From assembly GCF_964355755.1 (NCBI RefSeq), contig NC_092679.1, positions 13,561,432 through 13,625,431 of the forward strand: 64,000 nucleotides of DNA. The letters are read 5' to 3'. A program made the position numbers and the translations under genes. The DNA comes from Antedon mediterranea (lineage: Eukaryota; Animalia; Echinodermata). The notes below the pieces were generated by a model, which ran no database searches, was not told the origin of the DNA, and saw only the letters and a program-made list of their open reading frames with translations. Of the stretch, positions 52,653 through 64,000 are shown piece by piece (position 1 is the stretch's first letter; every line of letters begins with the position of its first letter).

Positions 52653-55600
52653 ACTCCAAAGGCAAATTACTGAAAAAAATGACAATGCTGTGGGTAACAG
52701 TGGCTGGATCTCAATGGAGATACAAAAATAAAAAGCGAAAAGCTAAATCAAAACGATAAAGTAAACAGCCAGAAAAGTTAGCAGAGCTTTCGGGCAACAC
52801 TAGCCCTTCATCAGTGCAAGCAATTAGTGTAATACCTATATATATGTAGATATATTAAAAAAAAACAAACCTACGCTACATAGTCACGTGGTTAGAACAA
52901 TAGCTTCATCCATCTACTATGTAGATTGGATGAAGGAAAAGCAAATTCATGAATACATTTTATGACAATATTGTCTGACCTCCCTAACCTGCACAACATG
53001 CCAAACACTACCTTACGTTGTAGTTCGTAGAACGAGCAGATGTGGTTTTCTACAAACATGGTGCTGGCACTGCATGACCTAGGTTTATTAAGGAGCAGGC
53101 GTAAGGCATTGTTTAAGCACACCTTTAGTGCTTCCATTGATTTTACATTAAAATTTGCCCACAAAGAAGCACAGTATAAATAAGTTACTACAATATGTTT
53201 TAAACAAAAACACTTTATGTTTTTAGAGCATTTTGAGAAAGTTCTACATAGTGTATTAGCTCTAATGCAGCTAAGCTTTGACAATTTCCTGACTGTAGGA
53301 CAGAATAACATACATACAGATTTTTTCTTGTTATACAATATATCATGCGTTAATGAGTATTTTTCACACTATGAATTAGATGTTGTAAGGCGGAGGCAGA
53401 TGGTGCAATAAGTACCATATCATCCGCGTAACTAAGGTTGTTTAGTTTTATACCGTGTAATTCGCATCCATTGCGAGACATACTGAGATTGACAATTAAA
53501 TCATCCATATAAATATTAAAAAGTAAAGGAGACATAACTCCACCTTGTCTAACACCATTGGTAACTGGGAAGTCTCTAGACAATGACTTTCCCCACCGAA
53601 CATGAAACCTGTGATTGGTATACCAAGACACAAGAACTCTAACTACACATAAGGGGTTCCCCTATTAATCAGTTTCTTGTACGGTGTCCAATGATTAATA
53701 CGATCAAATGCTTTGGAGGCATCTAAAATACAGGCATAAATCGGGCTACCATTTCCATTATAAAATTCGATTGTCTGTTTGAGAATAAAAATACATGTTT
53801 CAGTTGAATGACCATTTTTAAACGCATACTGTCGGTCATTTGATTCGAGTGTATCACCACACATAAATCAAAATAGACTCAAACACTTTAGACATCACGC
53901 ATGCAAGCGCAATAGGACGGTAGTTGATCTTTACTTGTAATATCCTTTCTAAAATCAAGATTGACCAGAATAATGATGGAGAAGTGTCTTGAAGCTATGC
54001 CGATTTGCGGCGCCTTAACCCATGTAGTAAGCTTAACCGCTTGACCAGTCGACTAATGTTTTGGTCCATATCAAAGAATATGTCCATGTTGAAAGAAGAC
54101 AGAATGCGTGCTATTTGATATATCGTACGGAAGATAGCTTTTGTAACAACCAATATATCAATTTACCTGAGGCTAGCTAGTTGTTGTTGTTCAGAGAGCT
54201 AGGTAGGCCTAGTAGTAGAGGGGAACAGACGATCGGGACCACGGATGATCGGGCCCAAGACGATTTGCTGTCCCGATCGTCTGTCTTATGTGTTGTGCCC
54301 GATCGTCTTACCAGTTGGTCCTGATCGTCCAGTATTTTCAGAACCACGTTGGGCCCGATCGTCTCACCAGTTGGTCCGGGTGTCCCGATCGTCTTAATAG
54401 CGTTGGGCCCGATAGTCTTTTGTGTTATATAAAATAATGTGCCACATTTCATTCCTATTGCTTTAGTGATTTTAATTAAAAAGGTTAGTTAGATTTTTCT
54501 GATTTTATCATAATTTTCCCCTAATTAACACTACTGGTTTTAAGAATTTCTTACCAAATACTCTCGATTTATGAATAAATGTGATTGATTTTAATTTTTA
54601 TTATCAGGGAGGGATTGTTATTATCAGGGTTATTATTGTGTTGTATGTATTCCCGTATTTAATGTATTACTCTATACAGTGTGATATAACTTGACTTCTC
54701 TCTCGCAACAAAATTAATAGCACATGCGTGAAACCTGATTCGGTAATATTTTCATATTTTTCTGACTTTAAATCGAATAATTATTTTTAAAAATTTTCCG
54801 AGAATGTTTTGGGCCTGATCGTCTTATTCATTGGGCCCGATCGTCTCTTGTCCCGATCGTCTTTCACCATTGATGAGCCCAATCGTCTCACGATTTGGGC
54901 CTGATCGTTTTGAAGTGGGCCCGGATCTGGTCTAGTCTTCTTAAACTTATTATGCCCAGTTTTAATTTAGATACGAAACTGCAGTAGTTGAGGTCTCTAG
55001 GCCTAGCCAGCCTATCAAGCAGGTTGCTTAGATAGAGGTACAGTAAGACAAGGCTAGAACTATAATAAGTATATGTTATTAACGGTCATGCTAATCTTTG
55101 CCAGGTAGGGCCCTGTATCTCTAGGTAGGGGCCGGTATCGCTATGTAGGGTCCCGGTATCGCCTGGTAGGATTTTGATTATGATATAAAATTATGTCAAG
55201 TACATTACTGTACGTTATTAGATGCTTTAGTCGTAAATTTAACATATCAATTGTTTTCTACAGACAAAAAGTTAAAATCAGTTAAAATGTTATTAATTCA
55301 GTATCACAATAACATTAAATATTATGTTACAGTAGCATGTACTTGACAACATTTTGTATCATAAAAACACACCGGGTGACACCGGGCCCAGCTGGGTGAA
55401 GATTAGCATGACCTGAATGTTATATAATTATAAATGTTTATATTTATTTATGCAGACTCTCCTACTTAACTAGGAGGCTAGGCCTAGTTATTGTTAATAA
55501 TATTTACAAACTTTTTTAATTAATATTAAAATAAATATATCTTTTTTTAGGTGTATATCGAGCAGTCAGAGAAAAAATAATTGTGATCGATTCAAAATTT

Positions 55601-58600
55601 ACATTCCATATGCTGGAACAAATATTTCATGTAAGGCAAATTAATCGTTTAATATTAATGTTTATCTAGGGAATTAAAAAGTTCTGGGTTAAAAACAATG
55701 CTCATTTACCAAGAACATTTTTCAAAAGCTGTAAACTATCTAATTATTGCTATTCAAAATGTCCGTCCAAGTCTTTGTAATTTTATTCTAAAAACTCCAT
55801 TTTTTACAGGGCAAATTATCTTCAATAGTCAAGATGTTTGTGAACCACCCGATTTTATTTTTGGACAAGAGGATGAGGGATTTGAACCAGAGCTAGAAGA
55901 TATTAAGGTACCGTACAGTTCTGTCGGATGCAAGTTCCTTGATTGATTTTTTCATGTTCATTTGTATGTTCGGAAATGTGAAATTCAGTATCTGAAGTTA
56001 AAAAAAATGGAAGGTGGTGGTGGTGGTTTTACAGTAATTATGTACGTGAGGGTGTGTGGCGCAGCGTGTTGGACATTCAACTACTGATCGTGAGATCGAG
56101 GTTCGAATCCAACTCTCGCCGCATTGCTTGTATCATTAGGCAAGATACTTTACCTACGTTTGCCTCTCTCCACCCAGGTGTATAAAATGGGTACCCGGTT
56201 AGATCAAGACACAACTTTGCGCTGATTACTAGCTGCATTCTGGTAGTATGTTTCCTAGTGTGTTTGATCCAAAAAAATGACTGGGGTAATAATGTTCAGC
56301 ACATTGAGAGCTTGCTTTGCGCTATATAAGAATGAACTATTATTATTATTATTATTAATTATACCAGGTGAGGTAAATAAATGCAGGGTGTGATGAGATG
56401 AGCAGTATTGTGTGGTGGTTATGTAATCCTCTTTCCGTTTCAAAGATGGTTGTATAATTGATATAATATTATAAATTCATTTTTGTGTGAGCTTTTTTGT
56501 TAAATTTTAATACAGAAAAAAACAACACATATACATCAAATGTCAGTTTTCCAAATGTGGAAAAACGGGATCATGATTTTAGGCCAGAAGACGAGTCTAT
56601 CATACAGAAATCTCCCAGCCAAAACGGGAGTGTTGGCATATATGTTATTATTCTTATAGGAATGTGTTCATGTCGGGTCTATCTAGCTTTTTAGCATAGA
56701 AAAAAAGTTGTCACGGTTAAACATGCTAATACTAGTTACATTTTTCTGAACAGGTTACCCACCTAAACTTCTATTTCGAAGGTGTTTATTAATATTTTGT
56801 TGCAACATTGCAATTTTAAAATTGTTCTCCCCAGAGTCTTGTGAACTGGAATGCAGCCGATGAAAATTCTCTGTTGTATGTTCTGCGAGAAATGATATGT
56901 TTGTATCGAGAGCATCAAGAAACATTAATAGTGGAAGTGAATGAGAGATTTATGTTTGAATACACCTCATTAGTGGATACCAAAATATACGCTGACTTTG
57001 AGGTACATCGTGGTAGGAAATTACCAGGGGTGAGTAATGCTATCTGTATATAATTCGTTTATAAATACGTTTTTCTTTACAAATACGTACGTCGCAGGAT
57101 AGATACCGATTCTAAGTGGGACAAGCTATGCGGTCTGTGTAAATTGGCCTTAAAGGCCAATTTTCACTAAGGCGATAACGATCGACAATAAATAGATAAA
57201 TATGCATTTTTCATACCTGAAACAAAGGAAATTTTAAAAGTTTTCATCCTAGAACTATAGGATAACTATCTATGCTGTCTTTGATAAAAATGATATTTTC
57301 ACACGTCCAATCAAATGATGTCATGATTAGTAAGAGTAATAATATCGTGACAATACGATTTATTGTTTTTATTGATCATGACGTCATTTGGTTGAATTTA
57401 AAAAAACATCATTTTTATCAAAGACAGCATAAATGGTTATACAAAAACTTTTCTAATTTCTTGGTTTTATGCAAGAGAAATGTATGTTTATCTGTTTATC
57501 GTCGATTGTTATCGTTCTAGTGTAAATGGGCCTTTAGACTGCAATTAAAATGTAGCTTTAGCTTGGAACAACATTGATAATAATACAAATTAAATGGCCA
57601 ATATTCATGTGTGAGTCCACTTTTGGTTTAAGCCAAAATTTGTAATGCCTTCTTTCCATTTTAGGCTAGAGATGTACCTGTAAATTTTTTGATACGACTA
57701 CCAATAAATTTTCAAGATTTACCCGAGTTTATTATCAAGGTAAGTATTATCAGACGATTGGATCACAGACAGTTAGGCCCACCGAATAAGGCAATCAAAT
57801 TCGTAAGCTTCGATCACTTGTTTCTTAAAAGGATTAACACTTTTTATATGGCGCCCTACAAAGAACTAACTAACAATACTTAGTAAATAATTAAAAAGAA
57901 AGTTTTAGGTTGATGTTTAAATAGAGGTGCCGAATTCGCTCCTCTCAAATCGACAGGTAGCGTGTTCCAGATCCGCGGAGCGGTAATAAAAAAAGCATTG
58001 TCACCAGCTTTCCGATTAGATCGTGGAACGAAAAGTCGGGTGGGGGATCTTTAGAGGATCGAAGTCGGCACCTGTAATTAAATGTAAGCTGGTCACGGTT
58101 AAACTTAATTAAATCAAAAATGTACAAAAGGAACAACATGTTGAATGTGTTTATTCTTTTTTTACAGGAAAATCCTGGTGAGGATACTGCTATACTGCTA
58201 GTCAGTTACCAAAACAAAGAAGCAACCAAGATATTTCCACAACTTTACCTATCACCAAGAATTGAAGAGTGAGTACTCCTCCAATAAAAAAAAATATGTG
58301 ACAATGATATAAACTGTTCTAGTTGGAACATGATGCCATAATATCATTTATGATGTCATAATATCATTTATGATGTCTTAATATCACTTATGATGCCATA
58401 TTATCATTTATGAGGTCATAGCTCATCAATCAAAGGGCCATTTTTTATTATTAATGATGGAATGACTTCTTAAAATAATTATTGTTAAACATTCAACTTT
58501 GAATTCTTTTATAGTGCTCTCGGTGGATCATCCTCACTACGGATTCCTTCATTCCCAGCAGGTTCCTGTTTGCTAGACTACATCCCACATGTTTGTGAAT

Positions 58601-61600
58601 TACTACAGAATATGGTAATTTTTTTCTCAATATGCTATGCCATATCTTTGTATTTGTGTGTTGAGTATTGTTCAGGATAAATACATTGTTCGGTTGTGAT
58701 ATTAACTTTATAATCTTATTATATATATAAAAAGATTTGTGTCATTTCATTGGAGGATTGTGGGTCACATGATATTCAATAACTACTCCATTGGTATATG
58801 CGCATAAGACTATATAGGCTATCGACTGATCACATTCGAAAATCAACCATTAGTAGTGTCCGCCATCTATAATTATCCTACTCCGCATCCAAAATTTAGT
58901 ATTACAGTTTGTCTGGTTTGGTATATAAAACACTCCTATCAAATTTGTTTAATGTGTTGCGAAAAGTTCATACTGTACATAATTTTCCACATCATACAAA
59001 TAACTATTAGTCTTAGCCAGTTTTTGTTAATAATGTTTGTATAAAAAGTATTTTAAACAATTTATTTTTGTTTGTTCTTCATAGGTGGATCAAATAAGTA
59101 AAGGATATCAACGACGAAAAGAATATATTGCGGCCTTCTTAAGTCATTTTGGAAAGTAAGTTTTGCCATCTAATAAAGAATATATTTCAACAAGACAACA
59201 ATCAATCAATATTTAACCACATGCACATGGTCTGTTTCTATCGAGTATTGTCTTAAAGAATTTGTTTTTTTGCCAGCAGAACCTCATTACGGTTTCAAAA
59301 ACCCAAATCGATGGCAAGAACTTAAAACGGTTTTAATTTCTAATTTTATTTTTCAGAGCTGTTCTTGAATATGACATGATCACATTCCACAGAATATCAT
59401 TTTTATTTGAACATTTTGACTTCTTCTGTACAGTACACAGTAAGTTATAAAATGATGGTTTGCATGTTAAATATGTATGTAAATAAAATGTTTGCAGTTA
59501 AAAAATCAGTAATTAATTAGCAATATAAGGTGTATTTCAGGAATGAAAATTAGAAAAACACCACATATTTCTATATAATCTCTATATAAATTATGCTTAA
59601 TACTGAGATAGGCGGACCCAATGCAAAAACTGCGGATCTTTCACAATACCAAGATTTGATAACATTACAGCAGAACACTGGTTCCATGTTTGTCTCTTAG
59701 CACAACAAAATAAAGACAATCTTTCAATACGAATTCACTTTGTAGTCACTTCCAAATTAACATTTAAATATTAAATAAATAACACTACTTGTTTCAATAG
59801 TAATAACCTATATAGCTGTTAGGATAATTTTAAAACAACTAGATGGCACGCTCGCTTCGCTCGCGTACCATCTAGGTCGTGCCCACAGATGGTTCTCGAA
59901 TACACAGTATTTCCAGCGAGAAAAAAATGGAGATTTCAAATGTACGTACCGCAGGACTATAATACATTGTCGTTTACAGAAACGAATAAATATACACAAT
60001 GATTTATGTAGTCAACCAAAATTAGCACCCTGGGAATTACTTCCGAGAGAGAAACAAAATGAGTCAAATTTTTTTATTTGGACTCATTTAAACAAACCCA
60101 ATTTGTGTTTTGTATGTAACATTAAGGGTTGAGGGATGGGGGAAGAAGATAGGTACAAAGAGGAAACATTTTAAAATATATTCTTATCCACTCAGTAACA
60201 AAATATTGTTTTTAATGTTTTATAGGCCTATAAATAATATACCACTAAATACAGTAAAACATTTACGATTTAATACGGTACTTTGTTAAAACTCTCACTG
60301 TCATAGTCGATTGAAATAGTAAAGTACATGTAACGATACACCACTACGACGTTTATATATTTTTAAATTGTTAATTAATACAAACGTTGAGAAGCAACTG
60401 TCAGTAATAACGTTTATTTATTTGTATATTATATGTTTATAATCTAACAGTAGGGCCTACCCACACTCACAGTAATAAAGTTTATTTGTATATATTTTTA
60501 TATTACATCTAACAGTACCAACACTCACAGTAAGAAATTTGCGATTCAAATTGCGATCAAAAGTGGTTAATACCTTAACAGTATTGTACAGCATTGCAAT
60601 ACTATTTATGTTTATTCTCCAAGGGGGCCCATAAATCTAAATCTATACCTCTATGGTTAAACCAAATAATTTGGAATGTTTATTTGTATATTATATGTTT
60701 ATAATCTAACAGTAGGGCCTACCCACACTCACAGTAATAAAGTTTATTTGTATATATTTTTATATTACATCTAACAGTACCAACACTCACAGTAAGAAAT
60801 TTGCGATTCAAATTGCGATCAAAAGTGGTTTTAACCATTAAAATACCTTAACAGTATTGTACAGCCAGGGAACTCCCTGGTACAGCATTGCAATACTATT
60901 TATGTTTATTCTCCAAGGGGGCCCATAAATCTAAATCTATACCTGTATGGTTAAACCAAATAATTTGGAATGTTCCATTCATCACAAATCAATACATTTG
61001 TAAAAACGTATATTAAATGTATCAAAATAGTATTTTTTAAAGAAAATCGGCCTGTCTTCAACATTATGATGCTGTACTCGAACTGTTCAACCGGTTTTCA
61101 GCTATTAAAAACAATTATCGTAGGAGGAGATAGGAAAATGCGAAGCCTCCTCGCATTTTTGTGGCGGGTATTTTTCAAGATGGACATCCATTAGACAGTG
61201 TATACCACGATCGGAAAACACCCCTATTTGGGGCAAATCGTTGAACCTAAATTCGTTTTAATCGTCAATAACTAATTATCTAACTTAATTTAATTAGTAA
61301 ACAGGGTTACATCAGGTGGTTAAAATCAGTACCGAAAGTACGAACCAACTTTATATACCATCGAGTAAAAATTCTAGAAGTAAGGCGCGATTTACCGAAT
61401 TTTGCCCTTAGGTAAATTTATATATAGATGCATGACTGTATCTGAATACCGGTGAAAGTTTGTATATAATAAATGCGCCATGTAGAAAAGCTATTTTAAA
61501 TGATCGTACTTCAAATAAAACACGAGATTATTGCTATTTAAACTAGAAAGCCACTTCGAGAGTGCATACCTTTGCCTACTGTAAAATTCTCTCACATGAA

Positions 61601-62142
61601 AATTCTGTCCTATCTTTTAACACTAGCAGGTCTGAAAATAATTTTTTGTATATATTCGTTTTCATTAGTTCATTTGCCGACATATTTTCCCAAGGATCAG
61701 CCAATATTTAACTTTCAATCAATCTATCATTTTGATGCATACAACAAGCCATACACATCCATAGTCAACAATTATCCATACAGCCCTCGATGGACTGGCA
61801 ACGAAATGGCGCAAAGAGCCGAGTAAGTTATACTATGTTTATCGTGCTAATTTATTATTTATATATGGGATTTGTATTTGTACCTGATCTCCTGGGAGCT
61901 TATACAAGTGACCACCTTATATGCACGTTAAAGCTTGGTTCCCACTATGACGCAATGCCAAGCTGCAACTCATGCGAATTGACAAAGCAATGGATTCTTC
62001 AAACTGTTTATTTCATTTCTGATAAGGTACAAGCGTTTTTACATGTATTTATATTTTCAGGATGTTTCTGACGGGTCACATACAAGAGTTTAAAACAGCA
62101 TCAGTACGAAATGGTAAAAGGAATATTGACCCACTAGGGTGA
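50142..62142 (+). CDS. BABAM2: BRISC and BRCA1-A complex member 2 (BRE/BRCC45), 387 aa, 11 coding exons
   Basis: Exons 50142-50266, 55551-55630, 55810-55907, 56835-57029, 57665-57739, 58168-58268, 58515-58614, 59085-59155, 59357-59439, 61669-61822, 62061-62142. All are GT-AG, 1164 nt in frame. Motifs: [90 protein letters not shown]. Confidence 0.95.
51790..52457 (-). mobile_element. Short non-autonomous interspersed element (DINE-1/HINE-like) with a tetranucleotide microsatellite
   Basis: End motif actagaaagccactccgagagtgcatacctccgcc recurs at ~61542-61640 in an internally deleted copy; (ACAA/ACAT)n lies near the other end. Confidence 0.5.
52892..53950 (-). mobile_element. Decayed non-LTR retrotransposon RT (RTE-X-like)
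   Basis: Frameshifted pieces [49 protein letters not shown] and YADD. Confidence 0.88.
54217..54940. mobile_element. MITE-like element built from gacgatcgggccc subterminal repeats
   Basis: Many gggcccgatcgtct / gacgatcggg motifs in both orientations at both ends, around an AT-rich core. Confidence 0.5.
55084..55413. mobile_element. Small MITE
   Basis: 15-bp inverted ends ggtcatgctaatctt...aagattagcatgacc. Confidence 0.55.
56048..56356 (+). mobile_element. tRNA-derived SINE (CORE-like centre, L2-type tail)
   Basis: A box tggcgcagcgtgttgg, B box ggttcgaatcc, centre ggcaagatactttacc...ccacccaggtgtataaaatgggtacc, and tail gcgctatataaga...(TAT)n. Confidence 0.85.
57154..57533. mobile_element. 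Harbinger-type MITE
   Basis: Inverted ends aggccaattttcactaaggcgataacgatcgac...gtcgattgttatcgttctagtgtaaatgggcct with TAA/TTA flanks. Confidence 0.6.
58329..58420. repeat. 20-bp tandem repeat (~4.5 units)
   Basis: atgatgccataatatcattt repeated in BABAM2 intron 6. Confidence 0.8.
59839..61428 (-). mobile_element. Non-autonomous Helitron, second copy (BABAM2 intron 9)
   Basis: Same 5' TCTATATATA end and 3' hairpin-CTAG end as 42704-45258; internal tandem duplication ~60416-60675 / 60677-60970. Confidence 0.85.
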
Positions 62143-62929
62143 AACAAACGATCAATCTACCGTTCATCAAATTAATTAAATATTCTAGTTGTATATATCT
62201 TATGCTATATATATCTTTCGTTATTTTGTACAACAGTATCTGTAAAAACAATTTAGTTTATCCTACTGGTCATGCATTCCTGGCATGTCAACATGATGTC
62301 CACTTCAATCGAAAAGTTCATATACGGTACCTGTGGACGAGTATCGATCAACAGCTTGGATAGCACATGTGAAATGAATGTATTCTAAATTCCATTTTTA
62401 TTATTTATTTGTTTATTACAATATAAAGAACATCATAAGAGACTATTGTATATACTATAAATAAAAATTGAAATAAAACAAAAGGATTGGAAGCATTTTT
62501 ATTTTTGAAAAATATATTTTAATTCATCCTCTATACATAATATTCTGAATATTTACATTAGGTCAAATATATACAGTTATGCAATTATAATTTAAAAAAA
62601 AACCCTAAATAAATACAAATTTTAAATCAATGAAATATGTCTTAAGCTATAAATTAAAAATCTAGGAATAAAAAGGCAAATTTATATTTTAAGACTCCTG
62701 ATAAAATGATTAAAATCTATAACTAATTCGTCACAAACATCAACAGGTAAACAAATAAGTTGCGGCATATCTCATAATTATACTATTGCTTACGCAAGCT
62801 GGTGTTAAGCTTTGATTAGTTTCTTTTAACTAAATCTTATCACCTTTTGTCAATGATGATGATATTGCATAGGCATAACATCAGATAGAGGGCAGTAATT
62901 ATATTCAAGACTGAAAAGAAAAGTCTGAT

Positions 62930-63960
62930 GATAAAGATAGTGCAAATGATGAGGAGTCTGTGTGGACAATGGATCTTCGGTTATGTCCTTGGCAAAATGC
63001 CAGTATCACCATGTACTATATAAAACAAAATTACAAGTTTACAATTTCACCCTCTACGACCTAAACAAGAAAGAGGGATATTGATATTGTGGGAAGAACA
63101 TGAAGAGGATTTAAGTAGTGATGTGTTTGTATCAATGCAATATACTCACTTTAACAAACTATCATTCAGCACTGAAATGGGAAGTCCTATCCACAAAGAA
63201 TTAAAATCCCAAATCAGCTCTTTGGATGGATGGGTACAACTGTATAGTGGTCCTAAACCCATAACTCTGCACAAGTACAATGACTTACAGCCCATGAAAC
63301 ATGTACGACCTAAACAAGAAAGAGGGATTGCTATGTGTGGGAAGACATGAAGGGGATTTAAGTAGTGATGTGTTTGCATCAATGAAATATACTCACTTTA
63401 ACAAAGTAACCAAGGGGAAAACCCACTGATTAAAGAGATAATTATCTGAAGCGACGGTTGTGGATACCAAAAACTGTTGCTAATGCATATCTGCTGTTGG
63501 CAATGCCAAAAAGGATAAAAATTACACAAAAATATCTTGTTGCAGGACATACTCAAATGGAAGTTGACAGCATGCATGCAACTATTGAGAGGAAAATTGT
63601 AAGACAAGTTTTGCTTCTAATTTTGATCCCTAAGATGGTCTTATATTAATTGTTGATTATTGTTTATTGAAATATTGTTTGTTATATATTGTTTGTAAAT
63701 AAATGTTTATTGAAACTGAAACAGTTTTACCCCGCAGGATTAAATTGTAATGGAGAATTCTCGAAAAAGACCAACACCATAACAGGTTATTCAAGTAAAC
63801 CATTCACAGTTTAGAAAACTGACTGGAGTACAACACCAATGGCCAGATCAGATTCAAATTATCTTTCAACACCGAAACACAATGGGAAGTCCTACCACAA
63901 AGAATTAAAATCCCAAATCAATGTATTGTCACACTATACATACAACTATGTTCATAGTTT
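62930..63960 (+). pseudogene. Decayed Sola1-like DDD transposase, partly duplicated
   Basis: Frameshifted WTMDL...MYY-KTKLQVYNFTLYDL...LWEEHE...SDGCGYQ...QKYLVAGHTQMEVDSMHATIERK. Confidence 0.7.
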
Positions 63961-64000
63961 ACCCCATGTGGAAGTGTGAATATTTCACTATTATTTGGGG

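Noticed and set aside
56048-56125. tRNA gene
   Set aside because: A and B boxes are present, but there is no clean cloverleaf and the sequence continues into a SINE body and tail.

Overview
AT-rich, intron-rich animal genomic DNA, probably a marine invertebrate deuterostome such as an echinoderm (inferred from the histone 3' elements and SINE types). The window has two parts. (1) About 0.3-27.9 kb is a patchwork of reiterated backbone modules made of decayed Academ transposase, C2H2 zinc-finger, PHD/peptidase-C76-like and ~128-bp repeat pieces. Different copies carry different foreign cargo: a LINE 3' end, an orphan histone H4 and H3 pseudogene, an intronless PRPF18 fragment sandwiched between two histone H4 3' ends, a BEL/Pao integrase piece, a CpG-rich 222-codon virus-like ORF fragment, an Academ-type element filled with a 30-bp minisatellite, and a truncated Kolobok element with an intact 3-exon KolX/P2X7-ballast-like gene. 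(2) About 29.6-62.1 kb holds a head-to-head gene pair, DDX28 (minus strand, 14 coding exons) and BABAM2/BRE (plus strand, 11 coding exons). Their introns are full of MITEs, Helitrons, LINE fragments and a SINE. A decayed Sola1-like transposase follows. Comparing paralogous repeat copies shows short TA-duplicated inserts (TA-CAG-TA, TA-CGG-TA, TA-GGCC-TA) that look like transposon excision footprints and pile up in first introns. All family assignments come from motifs recognised by eye, not from database searches.
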